From Desulfosoma sp. (lineage in GTDB: Bacteria; Desulfobacterota; Syntrophobacteria; Syntrophobacterales; DSM-9756), in the NCBI GenBank assembly GCA_037481835.1, contig JBBFKW010000009.1:83786-147785 (forward strand): a stretch of 64,000 bases of DNA, written 5' to 3'. The notes below the pieces were generated by a model. That model searched no databases. It was not told the DNA's origin and saw only the letters and a list, made by a program, of their open reading frames with translations. The translations under genes were made by a program, and so were the position numbers. Positions 30,741 through 43,978 of this stretch are shown one piece after another. Numbering within the stretch: position 1 is the first letter of the stretch; each line of letters begins with the position of its first letter.

Positions 30741-30864
30741 TGCCCTGACTTTGTGAACCTTCAGCCCCCGTGGAATGAGTGCCATAAAGCTTTTCGGTGT
30801 TTCCCTTTGGTATGTTGCCGGGAGTGGGGTGAGGCTTGAATCATAAATCTTAGAGGAGGAGAGC

Positions 30865-31137
30865 ATGACGAAGGCGGATCTTATTTCCAAAATGGCCGAC
30901 GAGGCAGGAATCACCAAGGCCGCGGCGGAGAAGGCGCTCAACAGTTTCGTGGCCGCCGTCGCCGACAGTTTGGCCAAGGGGGACAAGGTGACTTTGGTGG
31001 GCTTCGGCACCTTCAGCGTCGCCGAAAGGGCCCAGAGGGAAGGCCGGAACCCGCGCACGGGCGAAACGATCACCATCGCCGCCAGTAAAACCATCAAATT
31101 CAAAGCGGGCAGCAAGCTCAAAGACGCTCTCCAATAA
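30865..31137 (+). CDS. hup: HU family DNA-binding protein
   Basis: [40 protein letters not shown]. Confidence 0.97.
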   Translation: MTKADLISKMADEAGITKAAAEKALNSFVAAVADSLAKGDKVTLVGFGTFSVAERAQREGRNPRTGETITIAASKTIKFKAGSKLKDALQ

Positions 31138-31161
31138 CTCTCCTTCACTCACAGGCTGGAC

Positions 31162-31211
31162 GGGAGAACCTGGCGCTCGGCAAAACGAACGCCAGGTTCT
31201 CCCTTTTGTTT
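31162..31211 (+). terminator. Rho-independent terminator after hup
   Basis: 14-bp stem GGGAGAACCTGGCG/CGCCAGGTTCTCCC followed by TTTTGTTT. Confidence 0.85.
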
Positions 31212-31228
31212 ATGAGCCCCCAAGGGCC

Positions 31229-31963
31229 GTGCGCTTCATGGAAAAAGCCGTACCCAAAGCCCTCATCGAGCCCGCACGATCCAAGAAGGACGTTCCGCTG
31301 CCCGCCGACGCCTTCCTTGTGTTCACTGCCGAGGACATGAAACTCATGAAGGCTCAATGGGCTTCGTGCCGTCGCGCGCAACGTTTGTTTCTGAGCGATG
31401 TGATCCTCTGCACCGGCGACGGACCCCCCGCCGCACTTGTCGGTCCCCTGATCGGTGCGCCGCAAGCCGTCTTGGTCCTGGAAAAGATGATCGCCCTGGG
31501 GGTTCGCCGGGTGATCGCCTACGGATGGTGCGGTTCCCTGCAACCTCAGGTCGCCATCGGCCATGTGGTGCTGCCCGAGGCGGTCCATTCCGAGGAAGGG
31601 ACCTCGGCCCATTATCCCATCCCCGGCGCTCCCGGCCCTTCCCCCGAACTGTTCCGAAGGCTCGAAGCCGCCCTGCGCTCCGACCCACATCTTACGGTCC
31701 ACAAAGGGTCCGTTTGGTCCACGGACGCCCCCTATCGGGAAACGGAAGAAAAAGTCCGATTTTTCCAGGAACGGGGCGTTCTCGGGGTGGACATGGAAAT
31801 GTCCGCGCTCTTCACGGCGGCCGCGTTTCGAGGAATCGACCTGGCCGGTGTGTTGGTGGTCTCCGACGACCTTTCGCGCCTGACGTGGCGTCACGGATTC
31901 CGAGACCCTCAATTCCAGGAAACGAGAAACCGCCTGCCCGAGCGGCTCCGCCGTCTTTTCTAA
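31229..31963 (+). CDS. Nucleoside phosphorylase (PNP_UDP_1 family)
   Basis: IGAP, GWCGSL, EEGTSAHY, WSTDAPYRET, VDMEMSA, VVSD. Confidence 0.9.
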   Translation: MRFMEKAVPKALIEPARSKKDVPLPADAFLVFTAEDMKLMKAQWASCRRAQRLFLSDVILCTGDGPPAALVGPLIGAPQAVLVLEKMIALGVRRVIAYGWCGSLQPQVAIGHVVLPEAVHSEEGTSAHYPIPGAPGPSPELFRRLEAALRSDPHLTVHKGSVWSTDAPYRETEEKVRFFQERGVLGVDMEMSALFTAAAFRGIDLAGVLVVSDDLSRLTWRHGFRDPQFQETRNRLPERLRRLF

Positions 31964-32315
31964 AACCGCGCCTCCGCCCTTGCTCCCGCCCTGAAACACC
32001 GTGTATTTTGAACGGCGAGGGGAAACACGCCCCTGGCCGTCACACCGGTCGAGAAAGGGCGGCAAGCCCTTTCCATGGCTAGAGCCTCATCTCCCAACTC
32101 TTTGGCCGGACTTGTGCGCGCTTCGGGAATCCAAGAGGGCCGGCAGGGACATTGAAAAATTACCGCGCATGAGCGCGAATGAATATATCCGGGCGCAGAT
32201 GGATTCGGGAGGGCATTAGGAACGGTTCTGGCCGCGACCCGAATCGTCGGCATATCGGCTTCACCAGAAGGGGCGCATGCACGGCGGACTCTTTTATGGA
32301 TGCGGAGGAGACCCC

Positions 32316-35395
<3,080 letters not shown>

Positions 35396-35441
35396 GCCTG
35401 AGCCGGGCGGACCACGCACTCAGGGATGGAAAGGAACTGGG

Positions 35442-35726
35442 ATGGAAAAGAAACGCGTGCATGTGTGGATTTCCGGCAGAGTCCAGGGGGTCTTCTACAG
35501 GGCCTACACCCAGGACGCCGCACGAAGTCAGGGGGTCACCGGCTGGGTGCGCAATCTTCCGGACGGCCGGGTGGAAGCGGTCTTCGAAGGGGACGCCCGG
35601 GCCGTGGACGCCATGGTCCAATGGTGCCATCGAGGAAGCCCCCTGAGCCGCGTGGATCGGGTGGATGTGCAAGAAGAACCTTACCAAGGGGAATTCGCCG
35701 ACTTCGGCGTGCGCTCATGGAGATAA
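35442..35726 (+). CDS. acyP: Acylphosphatase
   Basis: GRVQGVFYR, GWVRNLPDGRVEA. Confidence 0.95.
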   Translation: MEKKRVHVWISGRVQGVFYRAYTQDAARSQGVTGWVRNLPDGRVEAVFEGDARAVDAMVQWCHRGSPLSRVDRVDVQEEPYQGEFADFGVRSWR

Positions 35727-35730
35727 AGCT

Positions 35731-36063
35731 ATGAAAGAAACCTGGGACGCGGTTGTGGCCTTCCTGAAGGAATACAACATGACCAAAGCCGGCGAAGCGC
35801 TGCGCAACGTGGACTGGACGAAACTCCTCCACGAACCCCTGGTATGGCTTGCCATCATTTTCTTTCTCGGATGGGTGGTCTGGAAAAAAGCCCTGCGAAG
35901 CCTCCTCGTCGTCTGCTCCATTATCGCTTTCGTCGTCCTGCTCCACTACACCCTGCCGCCCGCCGGGGAAGCTTTCTCACTGGGGAAACTCCTGCCGTTC
36001 GCCGGAGGATGCCTGGGACTGCTTGCCGTGAATATTTATTTTCTCATCATTCGGAACGGCTAA
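35731..36063 (+). CDS. Small hypothetical membrane protein
   Basis: Three hydrophobic segments; follows acyP by 4 nt. Confidence 0.7.
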   Translation: MKETWDAVVAFLKEYNMTKAGEALRNVDWTKLLHEPLVWLAIIFFLGWVVWKKALRSLLVVCSIIAFVVLLHYTLPPAGEAFSLGKLLPFAGGCLGLLAVNIYFLIIRNG

Positions 36064-37472
36064 CCCAGAGGCTTCCATTGGATTTCCAGCACCGTTCGGG
36101 TCCGATCGCTCACCTTAACGCGATCATCCATGCGATACCCGACGACCCAGCAGATCTTTTCGCGGTCGCACACGAGAGGAACCCGGGGTCGCGTTGTGCG
36201 CGGCACTTTGGCGTCCGTGAAAAAATCCTGGAGTTTTTTCGATCCGGGGCCGCCTAAAGGGCGAAAGCGGTCACCGGCCCGGAAGGTGCGCACTTTCAGA
36301 GGCCAAAGGACGGCTTGGGCGTCCAGTAGCGCAGTCCAAGGATCCGCACCCGGGATCCGCACCTCACGGACCGCGCGCTCCCGGATCGTGATTTCCGCTT
36401 GGAATTCAGGCACCGCATGCCCGCCGAGCCCGAACATCTCCCGGCTTTCCACCAAGGGCGGCTCTTCGGCGCGCTTTGTCAGCACAATCCTTGAGCCTTC
36501 CCGAAACACACGAACTCCTGCAGGCAAGATCACCTGCCGCCCCGAAGGGGCTTGCCGAAGGAGCCGTTCCAGAGCCTTAAGGTGCACGGCAAAGATTCCC
36601 GCGGAAAAACCGATTCTCTCCAGGGCCCGCCGAAACAGGCGGGAGGACAGGGCGCCGTGGAGGGCCTGCATCCCCAAAGCGTCAAAAACCACGGTGTCGA
36701 TCCCTTCGGCGCAAACCACGCGGCCCCACGCCTCATCGATCTGGCCGGCCCAATAGTCGTCGTCCTCGGCCGCAAGGTCCGCATGGCGGCATAGCACCCG
36801 CCGCACCGTTGGGTGGAAGATCTTTTCCAAAAGAGGCAAAACCTCGCGTCGGACTCGATTTCTCTGGCAAAAGCCATCCAGGTTCGTGGCGTCCTCGCGA
36901 AAACTCCGGCCCGTATCACCGAGATAATGCAAGATTTCGGCACGGCTCGCCCACAAAAGAGGCCGAATGAAGCCTCCCGCCGTGTGCGCCCGCATGCCCC
37001 TAAGGCCCCCCGGGCCCGTGCCACGGCATAACCGCAGGAGCACCTCTTCGGCCTGGTCGTCCGCCGTATGGCCCAGGGCAAGTCGCTGGAGGTTCCGACG
37101 ATGCATGGCCTCCACGTAGAAGGCCCGCCGGCACAACCGCGCCGCCATCTCCAAAGAAACTCGGTGATCTCTTTGAAACCCACGCACGTCCCCACGGCCG
37201 ACGAGGATCTCGCACCCCAGCCGCCCGGCCAGTTCTTCAACGAAACGGCGATCGGCCGAGGAATCCTCGCCTCGAAGGCCGTGATCATAGTGAAGGACGA
37301 CCAGCGATTCGATGGAAAGGAGCGGCCTAAGGGCGTGGAGGGCGTAAAGAAGGGCCACCGAATCCGGGCCTCCGGAAACGGCGACACCCAAGGACAGGCC
37401 GATGTGGCACAATCCGGTGCGCCGCATGGCATCCAGGGTTTTTTTTTCGAAGGGGTGAAGCAATCCCGTCAC
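36060..37472 (-). CDS. tilS: tRNA(Ile)-lysidine synthase
   Basis: SGGPDS PP-loop, HTADDQAE, RNRVR, KKLQDFF C-terminal domain. Confidence 0.95.
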   Translation of the reverse strand: MTGLLHPFEKKTLDAMRRTGLCHIGLSLGVAVSGGPDSVALLYALHALRPLLSIESLVVLHYDHGLRGEDSSADRRFVEELAGRLGCEILVGRGDVRGFQRDHRVSLEMAARLCRRAFYVEAMHRRNLQRLALGHTADDQAEEVLLRLCRGTGPGGLRGMRAHTAGGFIRPLLWASRAEILHYLGDTGRSFREDATNLDGFCQRNRVRREVLPLLEKIFHPTVRRVLCRHADLAAEDDDYWAGQIDEAWGRVVCAEGIDTVVFDALGMQALHGALSSRLFRRALERIGFSAGIFAVHLKALERLLRQAPSGRQVILPAGVRVFREGSRIVLTKRAEEPPLVESREMFGLGGHAVPEFQAEITIRERAVREVRIPGADPWTALLDAQAVLWPLKVRTFRAGDRFRPLGGPGSKKLQDFFTDAKVPRTTRPRVPLVCDREKICWVVGYRMDDRVKVSDRTRTVLEIQWKPLG

Positions 37473-38287
37473 GTGTTGCAGTCGGGAGCCGGCGCGTGGG
37501 GAAGGGCTTCCTGGCTGGACATCGGTGAGGAACTCTCCGGAGTCACGTCAAGGAGCGGCACAGCATCCTTCCATTTCTTGCCGCGAACAAGGAGCTTTCC
37601 GTCCCGATTGAGGACCGTATTGTCTTCAAGAATGACCAACCCGTAGCGTTCGGCCACTTGCGATTTATAGTGGTATTCCATGGAGCGCTTACGAAGCTTG
37701 TAGTTGAGGATGAGAAAAACCAAAGCGAAAAAGCACGTCACAGCCAACAGGGTTCCACCGGCCATGAGGGCCACGCGCACGGTTTGTTCTCCAATTTCTC
37801 CGATGACGCGCAGCACCACATCCAGGTGGTAGACCACGCCGATGGCGGCCGCCAAGAGTATCAGGAGCCCCAGGTAGGGAAGTTTTTGCAACCAGGCAAT
37901 GGCCGCAGTCAGTCTGTAGCTTTTGGCTTCTTGGGGCGCGATTCGGGACAGGTCGTCTGTGGCGTCCTCTGCGGGATGGACCCCGCCGGAGCCCCCAAAA
38001 TACCGGTTGAAACCCACAACGACGGTTCCCAAAAGGAAGGTGACGGCCACAGGAGAAAGAAAGGCCACAAGGAAGTAGACCTTCCATGGGAAATGGCGCT
38101 CCACGGGCCCGAAACGGTCGTAGCCGTCCGTTCCCAGCTGGTAGAGCCAGCAGCCGATGAAAATGGCCACTTCCAGCCACCCGAGAAAAATCAGATACTT
38201 GCGAAACAGCTCCTTGCGTTCCGTGTCGTCGAACAAGGCGGCCACACCACCTGGGGTTCTCTTGACTTTCTGCTCTTCTGCATTCAT
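37469..38287 (-). CDS. Hypothetical membrane protein
   Basis: About four hydrophobic segments; ATGA overlap with tilS; start uncertain (38287 or 38350). Confidence 0.7.
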   Translation of the reverse strand: MNAEEQKVKRTPGGVAALFDDTERKELFRKYLIFLGWLEVAIFIGCWLYQLGTDGYDRFGPVERHFPWKVYFLVAFLSPVAVTFLLGTVVVGFNRYFGGSGGVHPAEDATDDLSRIAPQEAKSYRLTAAIAWLQKLPYLGLLILLAAAIGVVYHLDVVLRVIGEIGEQTVRVALMAGGTLLAVTCFFALVFLILNYKLRKRSMEYHYKSQVAERYGLVILEDNTVLNRDGKLLVRGKKWKDAVPLLDVTPESSSPMSSQEALPHAPAPDCNT

Positions 38288-38544
38288 GGTCGCGCCCACA
38301 GTTATACCCTCATCAACAAGCCTGAATCCCCGCATGCCGCACCTTACCAAAACCCTCTCGGAACGGTCAACTCGGAAACAGGCCCGGAAGGCCCCCCATG
38401 TCCGCTGTGGCCATTTCCGGACGGCCGTGCCTTATCCACGAAAGCGTGTACAATAAACGGGACACGGGGATGACGGCACTGCCACGGGAAAATAGGGGCG
38501 GGCGCTTTCCACCAGCTTTCGGTTCTTCGATGCGGGAGAAAAGC

Positions 38545-39366
38545 ATGGATGTTTCTCATGAGAAGGTGATTCGGCTGGGTTGTTTTGCGGGGGCCTTAGT
38601 GATCATGGCCCTCCTGGAAGAGATCTTCCCGCGGCGTCCCAGAAGCCGCCCCAGGAGAGAGCGATGGCCTGCGAACCTGGCCATGGTCGTGTTGGGAGCG
38701 GTCCTTGTGCGGGGAGCGCTGCCGCTGGTGCCCGTGGAGGCCGCTGTGCTGGCGGCGCGAAAAGGCTGGGGCCTTTTGAACACGACGGCACTTCATCCGG
38801 TCTTGGCTTGGGGGGCCGCCGTCGTAATCCTGGACGGTGTGATCTACCTGCAGCATGTGCTCACCCACGCCGTGCCCACCCTCTGGCGGCTCCACATGAT
38901 GCACCATGCGGACCTGGATCTTGACTGCACCACCGGCGTGCGCTTTCACCCGGTGGAGATCCTCCTTTCCGCAGGACTCAAGACGGCTGTCGCAGCGTCT
39001 CTCGGAGCGCCGGCAGGGGCGGTCGTCCTTTTCGAAATTCTTCTTAACGGCACAGCTCTCTTCAATCATGCCAACCTGAGACTGCCGATCCCGCTGGACG
39101 GACTGGTGCGGTTCGTGCTGGTCACCCCGGACATGCACCGGGTGCACCATTCGGTGATCATCCGGGAAACCCACAGCAACTTCGGCTTCTGCCTGTCCTG
39201 GTGGGATCGTCTCTTCGGGACCTACAAGGACCAGCCGGAAAAGGGGCACCTCGACATGACCATCGGCCTCAGCCAGTTTCGGGACCCGACCCAACTTACC
39301 CTGTTCAAACTTCTAACCCTTCCGGTCACGGGCGATCCCGGCCGTCAGCCCATCAACCGGCACTGA
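38545..39366 (+). CDS. Sterol desaturase/fatty acid hydroxylase family di-iron membrane enzyme
   Basis: His boxes QHVLTH, HMMHH, HRVHH plus FNHAN and NFG...WDRLFGT. Confidence 0.88.
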   Translation: MDVSHEKVIRLGCFAGALVIMALLEEIFPRRPRSRPRRERWPANLAMVVLGAVLVRGALPLVPVEAAVLAARKGWGLLNTTALHPVLAWGAAVVILDGVIYLQHVLTHAVPTLWRLHMMHHADLDLDCTTGVRFHPVEILLSAGLKTAVAASLGAPAGAVVLFEILLNGTALFNHANLRLPIPLDGLVRFVLVTPDMHRVHHSVIIRETHSNFGFCLSWWDRLFGTYKDQPEKGHLDMTIGLSQFRDPTQLTLFKLLTLPVTGDPGRQPINRH

Positions 39367-39661
39367 CCGGGCCTTTGCAGGCATCAGCCCCAAAGATGCC
39401 ATGGGAAGGGGTCGCTCAGGACGCGCCGATGCCGTTTAGGGCGGCGTGGGCATGCCTGTTCCTCTGGATATGGAGGCTTTTTCGGGATCGATCCGGTCGT
39501 AACAAGTCACGGCTTTTCAGAGAACCGGGGAAAAAGCTTTTTGATCTTTGGCGGCGCATGGGGCCTGTGGTAAGAAATCGTGCGTCGGTGAGTCCGGGCA
39601 ATCGCGGGCGCTCTTGCCCTCTATCCAAGCTTGAAAGGGTCCCGACGGACGCGACGCTTTC

Positions 39662-39711
39662 GGAGGAGCCGGTTTCTTGGCGGTGGGGATCACGGCCAAG
39701 GCCGCTCCTAC
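39662..39711. repeat. GTAG-type REP-like element (imperfect inverted doublet)
   Basis: Minus strand GTAGGAGCGGCCTTGGCCGTGAT (39689-39711) facing a degenerate plus-strand copy GGAGGAGCCGGTTTCTTGGCGGTG. Confidence 0.5.
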
Positions 39712-39778
39712 ACACCGGCGAAAGCTCTGTGCCTGCACGTTACTCGGCGAGAATCGAATGATTGTTGAGGAGACTGCC

Positions 39779-40678
39779 ATGCCAAATCCGACTCTTTTCG
39801 AAACCCACTTCCCAACCCTGGCGCTCAAATCCCGAGGGAAAGTCCGCGACATTTACGATCTCGGAGACTCCCTGCTCATTGTCGCCACGGATCGCATCTC
39901 CGCCTTCGACGTGGTCATGCCTACGCCCATTCCCGATAAAGGTAGGATCCTTACGGCGCTTTCCCTTTTTTGGTTCGATTTCTTAAAGGATACCGTGCCC
40001 AATCACCTCCTCGGCACGGACGTGGCCGCCTTTCCCGAGGCGTGCGCCCCCTATGCCGCCACACTCTTCGGCCGGTCCATGTGGGTGCGCAAAGCCGAAC
40101 CGCTGCCCGTAGAGTGTATCGTCCGCGGATACTTGGTGGGTTCGGGATGGAAAGATTACCAGAAGACCGGTGCCGTGTGCGGCATCCCTCTTCCCAAGGG
40201 TTTGAAACTGGCCGAAAGGCTTCCCGAACCCATCTTCACCCCGTCCACCAAGGCGGAAAAAGGGGCACACGACGAAAACATCAGCTTTCAGGAAATGGTC
40301 GATCGGATCGGCGCCGATCTGGCTTCCCGGGTTCGGGACATGACCTTGGCCATCTACGAAAAGGCAGCGGCCTACGCCTTGGAAAAAGGCATCATCCTCG
40401 CCGATACCAAATTGGAATTCGGCCTTGCCGATGGTCGGCTCATCCTCATCGATGAAGTTCTGACCCCGGATTCCAGCCGCTTCTGGCCGGCGGACCGATA
40501 CCGCCCTGGATCGAATCCGGAAAGCTTCGACAAACAGTACCTTCGGGATTACCTGGTGGATATCGGCTGGAAGACGGAACAGCCGCCGCCGGAATTGCCG
40601 GAAACGGTCGTCCGAAACACCAGATCTCGGTACCTGGAAGCTCTGGAACGGCTTACAGGCCGGGGCTTGGACGGGTGA
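39779..40678 (+). CDS. purC: SAICAR synthase
   Basis: [35 protein letters not shown]. Confidence 0.97.
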   Translation: MPNPTLFETHFPTLALKSRGKVRDIYDLGDSLLIVATDRISAFDVVMPTPIPDKGRILTALSLFWFDFLKDTVPNHLLGTDVAAFPEACAPYAATLFGRSMWVRKAEPLPVECIVRGYLVGSGWKDYQKTGAVCGIPLPKGLKLAERLPEPIFTPSTKAEKGAHDENISFQEMVDRIGADLASRVRDMTLAIYEKAAAYALEKGIILADTKLEFGLADGRLILIDEVLTPDSSRFWPADRYRPGSNPESFDKQYLRDYLVDIGWKTEQPPPELPETVVRNTRSRYLEALERLTGRGLDG

Positions 40679-40684
40679 AACTTT

Positions 40685-41707
40685 ATGCTTTGCCGAGAGC
40701 TCAAGGCCGTCCCTCTGGCCGCCATCGACTGGGACGATGAGGGGTTCGCCATTCCCGGTGCTGTCCCCGATGAATCCCTCTTTCAGTCCCTGGACGCCGT
40801 GGGGATCCTCCATCCGCCTCTCTTGTGGGAAAAAAAGCCGAACCGTTTCACCATCGTGGATGGGTTTAAGAGGCTTTCATGGCTTCGGTCCCGATCTCCC
40901 TACGTGGACGCCCTCGTGTTTCCGGAAGATGCGGATGCGGCACGGCTTCTAGCCATGCGCCTTGAGACCAAAATGTTTTCCGGAGGGTTGAACCGCGCGG
41001 AGAAGGCCCAGATCCTGGCGCGATACGCCGCACTCACGTCCCACGAGGACCTTCGGCGAAGAATCTGCCCGGCTTTGGGCATTTCATCGCAGACCGAAAG
41101 CCTTGCCTTGTGGCGGTCCATCGCCGCATGGCCCGCTCGGCACCTGGAGGCTCTCGCCCGGGATTTCATCGCCGAAAAGACGGCCCTGGCTCTGGCTCCC
41201 CTGCCTGAAAAAGACCGGGAATCTTTCCTGGAGCTCCTGAGCGCCCTGCGATGCAGCTCGAGCCTCCAGCTGGAAATTCTCGAGCGGTGCGTGGACATCG
41301 CGCGACGCGACGGCATAACGCTCCGTAGCGTGGTGGAATCCCCCGAAATGCAGGCGATCCTCCAAGACGAAAACCGCAACCGCCGCGAAAAGACGGCCGC
41401 GGTCAGAGAGCTTGTGCACCGACGCCGGTTTCCCAGACTTCATGAAAGAATGGAAGGGCTTGAGCGCGCCATGGCCAAGGTGAAAATGCCCTCGGCCTTT
41501 TCCCTCCTCCCGCCTCCTCATTGGGAAGGGGACGTATGGGAACTGCGGGTGCGCTTTCGAACGCCGTCGGAGCTGGCCGCATATCTGGCGGAAGCAACAA
41601 ATCTGTGCACGGCGCCTCAATTTCAAGGCGTTTTCGATGCCTTCGAAAACGCCTCTGCTGTGTCACCACCCGCGCCGACGTCTGTCCCGCCCCATGCGGC
41701 GGCGTGA
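40685..41707 (+). CDS. ParB/Srx N-terminal domain protein
   Basis: LFQSLDAVGILHPPLL...IVDGFKRL ParB-like segment followed by a helical region. Confidence 0.7.
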   Translation: MLCRELKAVPLAAIDWDDEGFAIPGAVPDESLFQSLDAVGILHPPLLWEKKPNRFTIVDGFKRLSWLRSRSPYVDALVFPEDADAARLLAMRLETKMFSGGLNRAEKAQILARYAALTSHEDLRRRICPALGISSQTESLALWRSIAAWPARHLEALARDFIAEKTALALAPLPEKDRESFLELLSALRCSSSLQLEILERCVDIARRDGITLRSVVESPEMQAILQDENRNRREKTAAVRELVHRRRFPRLHERMEGLERAMAKVKMPSAFSLLPPPHWEGDVWELRVRFRTPSELAAYLAEATNLCTAPQFQGVFDAFENASAVSPPAPTSVPPHAAA

Positions 41708-41711
41708 ATCC

Positions 41712-42836
41712 ATGATTCCCCGCCTTAAGAACCCTATAAGAAACGTGGTGGTTGAACGGGCTGTCTCCGGGAGCCCTGTGGTGGCCGCCCTACGGGAACG
41801 ACTCCCCGGCGTTTCCTTTTCTCTTGTGGACAAGGTTCCCGAAAACCCCCGGAGAATTCCGGGGCTCCTGGAAGTCGTGCATTTCAAGGGACGGTTTTGG
41901 CGATCGTGCCCGGGCACCAAGATCTACGACTGCTGCGGATACCAGATCGTGCATATCGGCACCCAGTGCAGCCTGGAATGCACCTACTGCATTCTTCAAT
42001 CCTATTTCGAAAGCCCCAACTTGAAAATCTTCGGCAATATTGATGACCTTACAGCCGAAGTCCGGCAGGTGCCGGCCTCGGCACCCCACAGGCTTTTCCG
42101 GGCCGGAACAGGAGAATTTACGGACTCCCTGCTCCTGGATCCCTGGACGGGATTGTCCAGCCATCTCGTTCCCCTCTTCGCCCGCTTTCCCAATGCCGTC
42201 CTGGAACTGAAAACGAAAACGGATCATGTGGCTCAGCTGGAAAAACTGGATCACGGCGGTCACAGCATCGTGTCCTGGTCGCTGAATGCGGAGGACCTGA
42301 TCCGATCGGAAGAACCGAAATCCGCCCCCTTGGAAGCGCGGTTGCGCGCCGCCCGGCGCTGCGCGGACTGGGGCTATTTCCTCGGATTTCACTTCGATCC
42401 CATGATCGAATATCCCGGCTGGAGGGACGGATACCGGCGCACGCTGCATGCTCTTTTTGATGCCGTAGACCCCTCACGAGTGGTGTGGATCAGCCTAGGA
42501 GCTTTCCGGTTCATGCCCGAACTCAAAGGAATCATCGAACGGCGCCATCCCAAGAGCCGAATCGTCACGGGGGAGTTCATTCGCGGTTTAGACGGTAAGA
42601 TGCGCTATTTCCGAGATATACGCTGCGCGCTGTACACCCAGATGGTGGACGAAATCCGGGCCTGGGATCCCGCCCTGTGCGTCTACTTGTGCATGGAAGG
42701 CCCCTGGATCTGGAAGCGGGTCTTCGGGTTCGAACCTTCGGAAAAAGGAGGACTTCCGGCCATGCTGGATAAAGCCGTAAGGGAACGCATGGGAATCGGG
42801 GGATCGCCCCAAGGAGAGGAAGATGCCTTTCGATGA
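41712..42836 (+). CDS. Spore photoproduct lyase-like radical SAM protein
   Basis: CSLECTYC radical SAM motif, GTGEFTDS, ELKTK, GLDGKMRY, YLCME. Confidence 0.82.
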   Translation: MIPRLKNPIRNVVVERAVSGSPVVAALRERLPGVSFSLVDKVPENPRRIPGLLEVVHFKGRFWRSCPGTKIYDCCGYQIVHIGTQCSLECTYCILQSYFESPNLKIFGNIDDLTAEVRQVPASAPHRLFRAGTGEFTDSLLLDPWTGLSSHLVPLFARFPNAVLELKTKTDHVAQLEKLDHGGHSIVSWSLNAEDLIRSEEPKSAPLEARLRAARRCADWGYFLGFHFDPMIEYPGWRDGYRRTLHALFDAVDPSRVVWISLGAFRFMPELKGIIERRHPKSRIVTGEFIRGLDGKMRYFRDIRCALYTQMVDEIRAWDPALCVYLCMEGPWIWKRVFGFEPSEKGGLPAMLDKAVRERMGIGGSPQGEEDAFR

Positions 42837-43869
42837 ACACGAAAGACGGACCGTGAGGGCGTGGGCCGCCCATGTGCAGGGAAAAATCCCCTTGGTTCTG
42901 GAAACCACGCGTGACCGACGCAGCGGCGTGCTGCAGACTTTCGCTCAAGAATTGACCGCTGTGGCGCCCCAAATCGTCCTGGACCTTCTGTTCAGGGAAA
43001 ACGACGACCCGCCGGCTTTTTTCCCGGGCCACGGGTGGATATGGCATGCGGCTCCCACGGGGGCGGAACTTCGACCTTTTCTCGAAATCTTGGACATCCA
43101 CGGCGAACGCTCCGCGTCGTCTCGAAAGCCTGCGGATGCGCAAGAGGCGGATTCCAGGAAGACGGTCCCAAATCTGCGTGTGTCGCCCCAGTTGGCATCA
43201 CTTCTTGAAACGATCCAAAGCCCCCGGGAACTCGCCGTCTTTACAACGCCCCAATGCCCCCATTGCGCCCATATGCTCCTGGAACTGGCCCCCATCCCTT
43301 TTGTGGCGCCGTATCTCGTCATCCGGGTCTTTGACGCCACCCTTTTCCCTGAAAGAGCCCACGCGGCGGGCATCCGTTCCGTGCCCACCGTGCTTTTTGG
43401 GGACGATTTTCGTTGGACGGGCCGCGTCGACATCCAGCACATTTTCGAAGTGGTGTGCCGGGGCGAACACACGGCGCTTTCCGCCGCAGCCGCCATCCGC
43501 GTGCTCAAAGAGGGCAAAGCCCACGAACTCGCCCGTCTTATGCTCGCATCCCCCACAATGTGGAACGATTTCACTGCGGTGCTCAGCCATCCCGATTGGT
43601 CCGTCCGACTCGGGGCCCTAGTCGTCCTGGAAGAACTGGCGGAAAAGGATCCAGCCAAAGCCGGCGCCTACCTTCCCGTTCTCTGGGAAAAAATGGAGGC
43701 CCTCCCCACACCCGTCCAAGGGGACGTGCTCTATGCGACAGGAATCGTCGGAGACGCCTTGTGGAAGGACAAGGTCGTCCAGTGGATGGAAACCCGCAAA
43801 GACGATCCCGACCTTCGGGAAGTTGCCGAAGAAACCCTGAAAAAACTGGAAGCGGCCGGCTGCCGGTAA
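42823..43869 (+). CDS. Thioredoxin-fold protein (AhpF-NTD/PDO-like) with helical C-terminus
   Basis: FTTPQCPHC and IRSVP cis-Pro motif; HEAT-like C-terminal helices (HPDWSVRLGALVVLEEL). Confidence 0.72.
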   Translation: MPFDEHERRTVRAWAAHVQGKIPLVLETTRDRRSGVLQTFAQELTAVAPQIVLDLLFRENDDPPAFFPGHGWIWHAAPTGAELRPFLEILDIHGERSASSRKPADAQEADSRKTVPNLRVSPQLASLLETIQSPRELAVFTTPQCPHCAHMLLELAPIPFVAPYLVIRVFDATLFPERAHAAGIRSVPTVLFGDDFRWTGRVDIQHIFEVVCRGEHTALSAAAAIRVLKEGKAHELARLMLASPTMWNDFTAVLSHPDWSVRLGALVVLEELAEKDPAKAGAYLPVLWEKMEALPTPVQGDVLYATGIVGDALWKDKVVQWMETRKDDPDLREVAEETLKKLEAAGCR

Positions 43870-43978
43870 ATGCCCAGGAATTTGTGTTGTCCTCCGGTCG
43901 AGAATCCATTATATTTGGTAAAAATCTGAGCGCGACTTTCGCAATGGTGCCTCTGAGTCAGCTTTTGGGAAACAAGCC

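Noticed and set aside
31964..32315. Riboswitch or ncRNA in a long intergenic region with hairpins
   Set aside because: Only isolated stems (e.g. GAAAGGGC/GCCCTTTC); no recognisable family consensus; an Infernal/Rfam scan would be needed
39367..39660. Purine or ZTP riboswitch upstream of purC
   Set aside because: Could not find the conserved motifs by eye
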